From: Pirellulales bacterium
GTDB taxonomy: Bacteria > Planctomycetota > Planctomycetia > Pirellulales > PALSA-1355
Direction of reading: 5' to 3'
NCBI GenBank assembly: GCA_022844125.1
Contig: JALHMI010000004.1
Span: forward strand, 226,777-290,776
DNA: 64,000 nt
A program made the position numbers and the translations under genes. The notes under the pieces are model-generated. The model saw only the letters and a program-made list of their open reading frames with translations, was not told the DNA's origin and did not search any database. Below, piece after piece: positions 8,098-17,132 of this stretch. Within the stretch, counting starts at the first letter, position 1. Each line of letters starts with the position of its first letter.

Positions 8098-9546
8098 ATG
8101 CACCTTGCCGAACTGCGGACATTCTTTGAAACTTCGCCGGCAGTCAGGCTGCTCCGCTCACAGAACGCGCCATTCGTCATCGACTTTTTAGAGCAGCAGT
8201 TCAAACGCGCCGGCCGTTTGTCCGTGCCGCATTCCGATTTGCACGCCTCGCTGGCCTCCTACCGCGAAGAGCTTCACAAGACCTACCCTGACGCCCTGCG
8301 GGAACGCCCCGAGGTGTACCTAGCGGCCTGGTGTGGCGCGGATACCCGGTGGCTGCACCGCTTCTTGGAAGCTGGCCGAGATGAGCCGGTTTACGAGCTG
8401 ACGCCACACTCCGAGAACGTGTTGGCCTTCCTGGATCAGGTGATCGACAACGAACTAGGCTTTGTGGGGACTGAATCACGGTTGAGGATCGTCATCGACA
8501 CGTTGGCCGATCTGGTCGTCCATGCGTTCGATGACCCCACTCGCCGGCTAGCACACCTTCGACAAGAGAAGGCCCGCATCGAGGAGGAGATCGAACGAAT
8601 CGAGAACCAAGGACAGGTCACCCGCTACCAGCCCGCCCAGATTCGCGAACGCTTCGCCACCGCGGTCACGACTCTTAAGCAACTTCAAGGGGACTTCCGG
8701 GCGGTCGAGGAGAAGTTCCGAGCCATCACGCTCCAGGTTCAGCGGCAGCAGGCAGAAGGTCTCGACACGCGCGGTGGAATCCTGGGTTTTGCCCTCGAAG
8801 CGGAGGACGTACTGAAGCGAGAAGACCAAGGAGTGAGCTTCTACGAATTCGTACGCTTCATCTTGTCCCCTGCGCAGCAGGAAAAGCTTCAGGCAATCAT
8901 CGATGAGCTTGGACGAATCGAGGAACTTCTGGAGCAGCGAGAGGGTTTTGAAACCGTGCAGCGCATGGTCCCGCTCTTACTCGAAGAGGCCGAGAAAGTC
9001 ATGCGGACCAACCAGAGGTTATCCTCGACGCTGCGCCGGCTGTTGGATCGGCGTGCCTATCAGGATCGGCAACGCGTCTCGACGCTGCTCCGCGAGATAA
9101 AGCAGGTGGCTGCGTCTCTGTGTGACGATCCGCCAACCAAAGTCGGAGCCGAGCTCGAAACGCACCTGGCCATCGCTTCGCCGCTCTCGCGCATTCTTTG
9201 GAGCGAGCCGCAGTCATTTGCTCCTCTAACGCTGGTCGAACACGTGAGCGACGAAGCTTCGCGCGTGGATGCATTCCGCAACCTGGCAACGTTCCAGCGG
9301 CTCGACTGGCGCGGCATGCGACAGCGTATCGATCGCGTTTTGATGGAGCGTGATGCGATTTCGTTGCGCGATTTCCTCACCGAACACCCGCCAAGTGGCG
9401 TCGTCGAAGTGATCGGCTATGTGCAGATCGCACGTGATGACGGTCATTTGGTCGATCCGGACGCCCCGGACCAAATCATCGTCTCTGGCGAGCATGGAAG
9501 ATGTCTCCAACTCACGGTCCCGCAAGTTCGGTTCATTGCGTCGTAA
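8098..9546 (+). CDS. jetA: Wadjet JetA (DUF3375, MksB-like kleisin component)
   Basis: The N-terminus MHLAELRTFFETSPAVRLLRSQNAPFVIDFLEQQF is typical of DUF3375. It is the first gene of a 4-gene operon with the canonical Wadjet order and sizes. I prefer the ATG at 8098 over the GTG at 8080. Confidence 0.8.
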   Translation: MHLAELRTFFETSPAVRLLRSQNAPFVIDFLEQQFKRAGRLSVPHSDLHASLASYREELHKTYPDALRERPEVYLAAWCGADTRWLHRFLEAGRDEPVYELTPHSENVLAFLDQVIDNELGFVGTESRLRIVIDTLADLVVHAFDDPTRRLAHLRQEKARIEEEIERIENQGQVTRYQPAQIRERFATAVTTLKQLQGDFRAVEEKFRAITLQVQRQQAEGLDTRGGILGFALEAEDVLKREDQGVSFYEFVRFILSPAQQEKLQAIIDELGRIEELLEQREGFETVQRMVPLLLEEAEKVMRTNQRLSSTLRRLLDRRAYQDRQRVSTLLREIKQVAASLCDDPPTKVGAELETHLAIASPLSRILWSEPQSFAPLTLVEHVSDEASRVDAFRNLATFQRLDWRGMRQRIDRVLMERDAISLRDFLTEHPPSGVVEVIGYVQIARDDGHLVDPDAPDQIIVSGEHGRCLQLTVPQVRFIAS

Positions 9547-9557
9547 AAGGAGCCTCG

Positions 9558-10181
9558 ATGTCTCACATTGCCGTCCCGGAATTTCGTGACTGGAGCATTG
9601 CGGCGGTTCGGCTTTTGCAAGGCGTCGTGTATTCCGACGACGAGAAGGCATGGAACGCAGTCTTGAGCGCTCGCTCTCAACTGGAGTCCTATGTCGCCCG
9701 ACTAGGTCTCCTCTTGGTTGTGGACGAGGCGGAGGGACTGTCCTACGTCCGACAAGCTGAACAGGACGAGCTTCCTGAGGGCTATGAGCGCTTGCCCAAG
9801 CTGTTTCACCGATCACGACTGGGCTACTGGACCACGCTGCTATGCGTCCTGCTTCGCGAGGAACTTCGCCGCTTCGAAGAAGAGGATCTGCACAACGAAC
9901 GTTGCGTGGTCGAGGTCAGCAACTTGTTCGATCAGTGGAAAGCCTTCTTCCCCACAACCTATGACGAGGTACGTCAGCGCCGCGAGCTCGATTCGGCGAT
10001 ATCGAAACTCTCCGATTTGGGCTTCGTGCGAAGATTCGGCGAGGAGCCGGAAGCGTGGGAGATTCGGCGGATCCTGAAGGCACGGCTACCGGCCAGCGAG
10101 CTAGAGAATCTGAAATCGCAGTTGCTTGCCGCCAGTGAGCGCCGAGCCACGACCGAAAAGCAGGGGGATGACTCGGCATGA
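9558..10181 (+). CDS. jetB: Wadjet JetB (DUF4194, MksE-like)
   Basis: An ATG at 9558 is preceded by aaaaggag. The sequence AAVRLLQGVVYSDDEKAWNAVL...LGLLLVVDEAEGLSYVRQ is DUF4194-like. Its stop overlaps the jetC start (ATGA at 10178-10181). Confidence 0.8.
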   Translation: MSHIAVPEFRDWSIAAVRLLQGVVYSDDEKAWNAVLSARSQLESYVARLGLLLVVDEAEGLSYVRQAEQDELPEGYERLPKLFHRSRLGYWTTLLCVLLREELRRFEEEDLHNERCVVEVSNLFDQWKAFFPTTYDEVRQRRELDSAISKLSDLGFVRRFGEEPEAWEIRRILKARLPASELENLKSQLLAASERRATTEKQGDDSA

Positions 10182-13100
10182 GCGAGCGACTGACCAACAA
10201 CGGCAAGCCATTGCCTGGCTATCGCCTAACGCGCGTGGAGCTTCTCAATTGGGGCACTTTTGACAGCACTCGTGGGCAGGTCCATGTTCTGCCGGTCCAA
10301 GGCGAGACTGCTCTCGTCATCGGCCAGAATGGCTCTGGAAAGTCCACGCTGGTCGACGCACTGTTGACGCTCCTCGTTCGTCCCGTGGTGCGAAACTACA
10401 ACGTTGCCGCTGGCGCCCACAAGCAAGAACGAGACGAGCGAAGCTACATCAAAGGTGCATTTGGTCGCTTCAGTCGAGATGAGGACAACCGGGCTGCCGT
10501 CCAGTTTCTACGCCCCCGAGCCTCCCAGCCGTCCGTGCTCCTGGCCTGTTTCTCGAACCAGCAGTCAGGCAAAACCTTCACGGTCGCGCAACTGCTCTAT
10601 CTTGACTCAGAAGGTGGCACGAAGCGGGTTTACTGCTTCGCCAGCAACGAGCGCTCCATCGCCGGGGATTTTGGCGATTTGAAAGGCGAGGAGCGAATCC
10701 GAGAACAGCTCCGACGCCGTGGGCTGCGAACGACAACAAGCTACACAGAATACCATTCGTGGTTCGCCAAGGAAACGGGTGTCCAAGCCAAAGCTATGGA
10801 CATGTTCAACCAAACCGTGGCCGTGAAAGACATCCAGAGGCTGAATGCCTTTATCCGCGACCACATGTTGGAGTCGAAGCCTTGGGGCAAGCGAGTCGAA
10901 GATCTCTTGAACCACTTCACGCAGTTGAGCGAAGCTCACAAGAGCCTCGTGGAGGCACGCAGGCAACGTGCGCTACTCGATCCGCTGGCCGAAGCAGGCG
11001 ATGCTTATCGCGAGCACGAAATGGAACTCTCGCGGCAGCAGCGGTTTCTCGACGCGACCGATTCACTCTTTCGCACTAAAACGGTTGAACTGTTCGTACC
11101 CGAGTGCCTCGAACGCCGCGCTGAACTGGATCAAGTCAAAGACCGCATTAAGCAGGCAGATCAGGATCTCGCGAAGGTCCACGAGGAGTGCCGGCGACTC
11201 AAGAATGAGATCGAACACGCCGGCGGCGAGCGACTAAAGCAGATACCGCTCCTGATCGAGAGTCACGAAGCCCAATACCTAGTGAAGCATGCTGAACGGC
11301 AGCGGTATCACGCGACGCTTCGCGATCTGGGTGTCAATGATTCGATCACCGATCAGCAGAAGCTAGATTCTGCCCGCACCAAGCTCTCGTCGCTCCTTGG
11401 AGAGTGCGATAGCCAAATCCGCGCTGCCGACGCGCGCCGCAATGACTCGGTAATCGCACGAGCCGACTCGATCGGGCGACTGACTGACGACGAACGGGAG
11501 CTTGAGGCACTATCGAAGCGGCGCGAGAACCTTCCGGAGTCGTTCGCGGAACTCAGGCGACGCATGTGTGAAGCTCTCAGGCTTCCACCGTCCGAACTTC
11601 CCTTTGCGTCGGAGCTGATTGCAGTCAGACCCGAAGAACGAACCTGGGAGTCCTCCATCGAAATGGTGTTGCATGGATTCGCTTTGAGCCTTCTGGTCCC
11701 GGAGCGGCACTATCAAGTCATCAGTCGCTACGTGGACGCCAACAAGATCACCAGCAACGGAAAGGGACAAAAGCTCGTTTATCTTCGGGTCGGTCAACGC
11801 CAGGCTCGCTCGGCTAGCAATCCGCGCCGCGACTGCTCCTTGCTGGACAAACTGACGTTTCGCGAGGGTCACGCGCTCCTGCCGTGGGTCAAAGCGGAGA
11901 TCGCGGATCGATTCGACTACCAGTGCTGTGAGACGATCGAGGAATTCCAGGCCGCGGAAGGCAGGGCACTCACCCGAGAACGGCACCTGAAGACCGGGAC
12001 TGTGCGGCACGAAAAAGATGACCGTGACCGGTCGAGCGATCCGCGGTATTTCGTGCTCGGCTGGGATAATCGCGAAAAGCGACGACTACTGGCCGAATCG
12101 GTTACACGACTTCGCAGTGAGGTGGCTGAGTTCGAGCGTGCTGTCGAGAAGCTGGACAACACACTTGCCACGCTTCGCAGTCGACAAGCCTCGGCACGCC
12201 GGGCACTGGAAATGACCGACTTCGAGTCGATCAATGCCGCGCGGCACGAGCTCGCCATCAAGGCGTTGCGAAAGGAACGCCATGCAATTGAAGAGGGAAG
12301 CGATGCCATTCGGATCCTCAATCGACGGCTAAAGGAAGAGGAATCGCGGCAATTGTCAATCACGAGGAAGCGTGACGATGCGGTCGCACGTCAACGGGAC
12401 CTTGCCAGAGACATTGAAACCGGCGAGAAAGCTGTCGCCAACGCGAAGTCCATCCTCAAATCGCGCTCTTCGCAGGGGGTGCTTGCTAAGCATAAGGAGC
12501 ACTTCTCAAGTCTAGAGGCGGAGCTTGCGCAGGAGCCCTTGACTGTCGTCAATCTGTTTGACCGCGAACGCTCTTCACTTGAAGAGCGACGTCGACTCGT
12601 CGACCGCCTCCGTGAAGAGTCCGTGCCGTTGGTCACAACGCTGCAAAAGACCATGAGCCGCTTCTTGATTGAGTTCCCGTCGGAAAAAGCCGACCTGCAA
12701 CCAGACGCTGCCTATCTGGACAGTTTCCTTGATCTCCGCGCTCATCTGGTTCGCGAGGACCTGCCGCGGCACGAGCAGCGTTTCAAGGAACGCTTGAACG
12801 AGAAGGTTACGCACGAGATCGGGCTGTTCAACGGGGCGCTCCAGACCGAGTGCGGTGAAATCAAGAAGAAGATTGAGATCCTCAATTCTTCCCTCCGTCA
12901 ACTGGAATATCGCCAGGGCACCTACATGCGGCTTGAGCCTCGGCCGGTCCATGACCGTGAAATCGACGACTTTCAGCAAGCAATGAAGGAATGTCTGGCC
13001 GGAACTTTTGAAGGCACCCTCGAAGCGGACGAGGCACGCTATCTGCGGATCGAAAAGTTGATCGTCCGGCTGCGTGAGGAACCACGGTGGAGAGACAAAG

Positions 13101-13594
13101 TCGCCGACGTGCGGCGCTGGTTTGACTTTGCCGCGCGCGAGATCGACGCCGAAAGCGGTCAGGAGCGTGCCTACTACGAAGACAGCACGGGGCAGTCGGG
13201 AGGCGAGAAGGCGAAACTGGCGTTTACGATTCTTGTCGCGGCGATCGCCTATCAGTACGACCTCGTACCCGGCCAGCCTGCCAAGGACCGGTTTCATTTC
13301 GTCGTTGTCGATGAAATGTTCTCCAAAGTCGATGACCAGTACGCCGAGTACGCGCTGGAGCTATTTCGGAAATTCGGACTGCAACTGCTGATCGTTGCTC
13401 CACTCGACGCCAAGGCACGCGTGACGGAACCTTATGTTGGTTGCTATCTCCATATCGTCAAGGACGAAAAGACGAGTCACTCCGAGATCCTCAGCATGAC
13501 GGCACACGAGTTCAAGCAGGTCGTGGAAGGGACGAACGGGCACGCCACCGCTCCATCACGAACTCGCACGGCATCGGCCGCGGCGCCGAGCTGA
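10178..13594 (+). CDS. jetC: Wadjet JetC (SMC-like ABC ATPase, MksF-like)
   Basis: This is an 1138-aa ORF. It has an N-terminal Walker A motif GQNGSGKSTLVDAL, long coiled-coil-like Glu/Arg/Leu-rich arms, a C-terminal signature QSGGEKAKLAF and a Walker B motif FVVVDEMF. Confidence 0.85.
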   Translation: MSERLTNNGKPLPGYRLTRVELLNWGTFDSTRGQVHVLPVQGETALVIGQNGSGKSTLVDALLTLLVRPVVRNYNVAAGAHKQERDERSYIKGAFGRFSRDEDNRAAVQFLRPRASQPSVLLACFSNQQSGKTFTVAQLLYLDSEGGTKRVYCFASNERSIAGDFGDLKGEERIREQLRRRGLRTTTSYTEYHSWFAKETGVQAKAMDMFNQTVAVKDIQRLNAFIRDHMLESKPWGKRVEDLLNHFTQLSEAHKSLVEARRQRALLDPLAEAGDAYREHEMELSRQQRFLDATDSLFRTKTVELFVPECLERRAELDQVKDRIKQADQDLAKVHEECRRLKNEIEHAGGERLKQIPLLIESHEAQYLVKHAERQRYHATLRDLGVNDSITDQQKLDSARTKLSSLLGECDSQIRAADARRNDSVIARADSIGRLTDDERELEALSKRRENLPESFAELRRRMCEALRLPPSELPFASELIAVRPEERTWESSIEMVLHGFALSLLVPERHYQVISRYVDANKITSNGKGQKLVYLRVGQRQARSASNPRRDCSLLDKLTFREGHALLPWVKAEIADRFDYQCCETIEEFQAAEGRALTRERHLKTGTVRHEKDDRDRSSDPRYFVLGWDNREKRRLLAESVTRLRSEVAEFERAVEKLDNTLATLRSRQASARRALEMTDFESINAARHELAIKALRKERHAIEEGSDAIRILNRRLKEEESRQLSITRKRDDAVARQRDLARDIETGEKAVANAKSILKSRSSQGVLAKHKEHFSSLEAELAQEPLTVVNLFDRERSSLEERRRLVDRLREESVPLVTTLQKTMSRFLIEFPSEKADLQPDAAYLDSFLDLRAHLVREDLPRHEQRFKERLNEKVTHEIGLFNGALQTECGEIKKKIEILNSSLRQLEYRQGTYMRLEPRPVHDREIDDFQQAMKECLAGTFEGTLEADEARYLRIEKLIVRLREEPRWRDKVADVRRWFDFAAREIDAESGQERAYYEDSTGQSGGEKAKLAFTILVAAIAYQYDLVPGQPAKDRFHFVVVDEMFSKVDDQYAEYALELFRKFGLQLLIVAPLDAKARVTEPYVGCYLHIVKDEKTSHSEILSMTAHEFKQVVEGTNGHATAPSRTRTASAAAPS

Positions 13595-13639
13595 CCGGCA
13601 AGAGACAGACTGCCAAGCATTTGCCGAAGGCCATCAGCC

Positions 13640-14833
13640 ATGATTGATCCGGTGGAGATTCGCCGCAAAGCCGAGTCCCTCTATCGCGAGTACGTGCAGG
13701 CGTGGCTTGCTGCCGAGGACGAGAGTTTTTTCCCGCGAGAAATCCGCTGTCGAAAGAAGCCGGCTTCCAACGATCTGGCTGAGGCGAGCCGCGCGGTTCG
13801 TGTGCTACGCGCCGGATCGAAAGAGTCTACGGGCTTCGGCTATTCGGTCCAGTGGCGAGAAGTCCGCAGCCGCACATTCGGCCGAAACGAGTTTCCGGAA
13901 CGTGTCTTGTTTCACACGGCAGAGGATCTTTTGCGCTTCTTGGAGCGCTGCGACGAATTTGCCACGCTTGTCGCTGCTGCCACGAAACTGCGAAGTCGCC
14001 TACCTGTTCTAGAGCAATGGTTGCGGGCCAACCCGGAAACTCTTCTCGCACTCGCACCAGATCTGGATGGTCTCTTGGAAGTCGTGTCGTGGTTCGTGCA
14101 GCACCCGCGACCGGGGATCTTCGCTCGCGAGCTACCACTCGCCGTCGACACGAAGTTCATCGAGCGCCACGAGCGAATTCTTCGCAAGTGGCTGGATATC
14201 GTGCTCCCTCCCCATACGATTCGTTCCGACGAGGAATACTTTGAACGGCGCTTCGGGCTGCGTTATGCCGAACCGCATTTGATGTTGCGGTTTCTGGATG
14301 CTGGATTACAGGCCGCCGCCGGCATTCCCTTCGATGAGCTCTCATTGCCGCTTCGAACTCTCGATCAGCTATCCTGCCCGGTAACGACGGTCTTCATCGT
14401 CGAGAATAAGGTGAATCTGCTGACACTGCCGCCTATCGAGGGGGCGATTGCCTTGGGCGGGCTCGGGAATGGAGTGTCGCTCCTCCGATATGTCGCATGG
14501 CTGCAAACTGTCCAAATCACGTATTGGGGGGACATCGACGTTGAGGGACTCGCGATTCTTTCGATGCTGCGAGCTTCGTTTCCCCACGTCCAAAGCGTCA
14601 TGATGGACCAATCCACCATCGACCGCTACGAACGGCTCCTGGTGCCTGGGACCGCGCGCATTCTGGACGTGCCACCGTATCTCAATGCGGCGGAACACGA
14701 GCTCTTCCTTGCATGCCGAAGCAGGAATATTCGCCTGGAGCAGGAGCGTATTCCGCAGGCGGATGTTGTGGCGAAATTGTCGGAAAGCGCCCGGCCCCCT
14801 TCGACTCCATCCCCCGTGCCATCAGCTTCCTAA
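13640..14833 (+). CDS. jetD: Wadjet JetD (DUF3322/DUF2220, Toprim-like nuclease subunit)
   Basis: This is a 397-aa ORF. The motifs FIVENKVNLLTLPP and YWGDIDVEGLAIL match the Toprim-like core of JetD. Confidence 0.8.
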   Translation: MIDPVEIRRKAESLYREYVQAWLAAEDESFFPREIRCRKKPASNDLAEASRAVRVLRAGSKESTGFGYSVQWREVRSRTFGRNEFPERVLFHTAEDLLRFLERCDEFATLVAAATKLRSRLPVLEQWLRANPETLLALAPDLDGLLEVVSWFVQHPRPGIFARELPLAVDTKFIERHERILRKWLDIVLPPHTIRSDEEYFERRFGLRYAEPHLMLRFLDAGLQAAAGIPFDELSLPLRTLDQLSCPVTTVFIVENKVNLLTLPPIEGAIALGGLGNGVSLLRYVAWLQTVQITYWGDIDVEGLAILSMLRASFPHVQSVMMDQSTIDRYERLLVPGTARILDVPPYLNAAEHELFLACRSRNIRLEQERIPQADVVAKLSESARPPSTPSPVPSAS

Positions 14834-15497
14834 GCTATCGCGACACACGAGTCCGCGATGCGCGGATGTCTTCAGCAAACATGGATTCGTAGCGGCTCGT
14901 TGCCCGCCGTGATCCAGATTTTGCGACCTCACCGCAATCCGGAACTCTGAGGCGATCGCGCACGCGTTGAAATCTCGACAATACGTCTCATCACGCCATG
15001 AACAGCTGGAAATAACTTCGGCTTGAAACGTCGCTCTGAGCCCTGCACTTGCGACGAGCCCCTCGGAGTCGGACCAACAAAGGCTTGGCGGGCTGGCGCG
15101 ATTGCTTGTCTGAATTGAGCAGCGACTATGGGAGTCGACGACCTCGCCTTCGTCGCCCCATCATCGCCGGGGCCAAGGGCCTGGCGGCCTCGGCGGGGCG
15201 AGCCCCGACGATGACAGGCCGACGAAGGCAGGCGATATGCAGCTTCGCAGTTGTCGTGACGAACGACCGTTCTGCACACGTCACCTTTGTACGGGAAACC
15301 CGTATATCACTTGGTAAGTGATTGATGTTTGACAGCTTTGGTGTGGGTAGATGAACGGCAACCGGGCTCTCGCTGGGAAGTTGGTCCTTTCCTTCCGAGC
15401 GAGAGGTCGGTGGTGCAAAAGGTTGAATCCATGTGGTTTTTACTCAGTGCCGATGGTCGGCCTGGCCATGGGTTCCAAACAGAAAGGACTTTAGATC

Positions 15498-16526
15498 GTG
15501 CAGAATCTAACGCGTGCGAGTGCGGAGCTCTTCCGCAGGACAGAAGACGAGTGTTTCGAGTCGCTCTCGGCACTCTCTGTCCATCTGCGGGCAAAAAAGG
15601 AGCGGTCCGAGGATCGTTGGCAGCCGCCAACGCAGTTGGAGGCCTCGCCGATTGACGGCGGGCTACTTCTCAACGCCGGAAGCGACGGTGCGTTCCTAAT
15701 GAACGACTGGAGCTTTGGCCAGCTATGCAAGCTGGCCGGGGTGGGGAAGGAGACCGTCAATCGACTGTCTCCCGAGACGGCATCGCAAGTCTTCGCGGAA
15801 ACGCTTCCACGCGGCCAGAAGCCGCTTCAGCTTTTTACCGAGGGAGAGGATCTACGTTCCATCCACGGGACGAGCTACACGCGGCTCTACGATGCAGATC
15901 TTGTCGCCATGCTCCAGGAGTTCGCGGTGGACTTTGAGCCGCCGCAAAAGGGCTTTAACGGAGCGACCGGGCTTTATGCGGGAGAGCAGGACTTGTTCTG
16001 CTTTCTCATCGACCCGGCCGGCTGGACCGAAATCGGCGGAGAAGCTTTCGCTCCCGGATTCTTTATCTGGAATTCGGAAGTGGGGCGCCGCTCGCTGGGC
16101 ATCCAAACATTCTGGTTTCAGGCCGTATGCCAGAACCATATTGTCTGGGATGCTGTGGATGTCTTCGAGTTCACTCGAAAACACACAGCGAATGTCCATG
16201 AGTCACTCCGCGAGATCCGCCGGATCATTGAGGCATTGGTCGCCAAACGCGACGAACGTCGAGACGGCTTTGCGAAGGTGATCCAACGGGCGATGGAAGA
16301 GAAGCTTGGCGACGACGCCGAGGAAGTGATGAAGGTTCTTCAAAAGAACGGCATCACCCGAAGCGCCGCGAAGCAAGCCTTGGAAATCGCCGCGCGGCAG
16401 GGGAGGTTCACCATCTTTACGCTGGTGGACTCCCTGACTCGCATCGCTCGCGAAACCAATAACGCGGGCGATCGCACGGATGCGGACGAGAAAGCTTCAA
16501 AGCTTCTCTCGCTCGCGGCAGCGTAG
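15498..16526 (+). CDS. DUF932-family protein (typical plasmid/ICE/phage cargo)
   Basis: This is a 342-aa ORF. The motif FIWNSEVGRRSLGIQTFWFQAVCQNHIVW matches the NS..G / VC.N core I associate with DUF932. Confidence 0.65.
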   Translation: MQNLTRASAELFRRTEDECFESLSALSVHLRAKKERSEDRWQPPTQLEASPIDGGLLLNAGSDGAFLMNDWSFGQLCKLAGVGKETVNRLSPETASQVFAETLPRGQKPLQLFTEGEDLRSIHGTSYTRLYDADLVAMLQEFAVDFEPPQKGFNGATGLYAGEQDLFCFLIDPAGWTEIGGEAFAPGFFIWNSEVGRRSLGIQTFWFQAVCQNHIVWDAVDVFEFTRKHTANVHESLREIRRIIEALVAKRDERRDGFAKVIQRAMEEKLGDDAEEVMKVLQKNGITRSAAKQALEIAARQGRFTIFTLVDSLTRIARETNNAGDRTDADEKASKLLSLAAA

Positions 16527-16541
16527 GGGAGGCAATCTGCT

Positions 16542-16730
16542 ATGTCATGGAAGATTCCCTCTCATGTCGCCTTCTCGCTAGTCTGCGAGAGTTGCGACGC
16601 AGGTATGGAGATCGAGACCTATGAGGACGCGCTGAATTTCGGCTGGTCGGCGATCAGCTATGAGCCTGATTGTCCGATGGCAAATTTCATCGGCCTCTGT
16701 CCCGATTGTCGCCAGCGGGAAGAAGCCTAG
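16542..16730 (+). CDS. Small zinc-ribbon protein (CxxC...CxxC)
   Basis: This is a 62-aa ORF with CESCDAG...CPDCRQ. It starts 15 nt after the DUF932 gene. Confidence 0.4.
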   Translation: MSWKIPSHVAFSLVCESCDAGMEIETYEDALNFGWSAISYEPDCPMANFIGLCPDCRQREEA

Positions 16731-16810
16731 CTTCTTTCCGAGGCGATTGCTTTGTGCGTCTGGCCATGTTGGTCAGCGCGATTCGTAATGTCCTTTATGG
16801 AGAACTTGTA

Positions 16811-17068
16811 ATGGCAGCCAACAGACCAGTCCACGAAGTCCGCTTTGGACACGTAAAGGCCGCGATCTGGGCCAACGAGGTTGACGGCTTCGTTCGTCAC
16901 AACGTCACCCTACAGCGGCTTTACAAGGACGGCGACGATTGGAAGACCACGCAGAGCTTCGGACGCGACGACCTGGCCCTCGTAGCCAAGGTCGCGGATG
17001 AGGCCCACACGTGGATCTTCCAGCATGGACAGGAAGGGAACGGCAGTGATCGGAACGAGAAGTTCTGA
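16811..17068 (+). CDS. Small hypothetical protein, possibly a PC4/YdbC-like ssDNA-binding fold
   Basis: An ATG at 16811 lies 8 nt after ggaga. The 85-aa sequence ...VTLQRLYKDGDDWKTTQSFGRDDLALVAKVADEAHTWI resembles the pattern of bacterial PC4-like proteins. This is a weak, by-eye call. Confidence 0.4.
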   Translation: MAANRPVHEVRFGHVKAAIWANEVDGFVRHNVTLQRLYKDGDDWKTTQSFGRDDLALVAKVADEAHTWIFQHGQEGNGSDRNEKF

Positions 17069-17086
17069 GCCTGCCGTTCGCAAGCA

Positions 17087-17118
17087 AGAGAGGTTCAAAC
17101 GCACCACCGAACCTCTCT
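17087..17118. terminator. Hairpin between convergent genes
   Basis: The arms agagaggttc (17087-17096) and gaacctctct (17109-17118) form a 10-bp perfect stem with a 12-nt loop. There is no clear U-run. Confidence 0.35.
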
Positions 17119-17132
17119 CCTTCGTTAGTGTC

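Noticed and set aside
14834-15497. A 660-bp gap after jetD with small ORFs (14929..15279, 15049..15321, 15307..15630)
   Set aside because: It contains no motifs, repeats or strong hairpins that I could support. It may hold promoter or terminator signals or a decayed gene, but I cannot call one.
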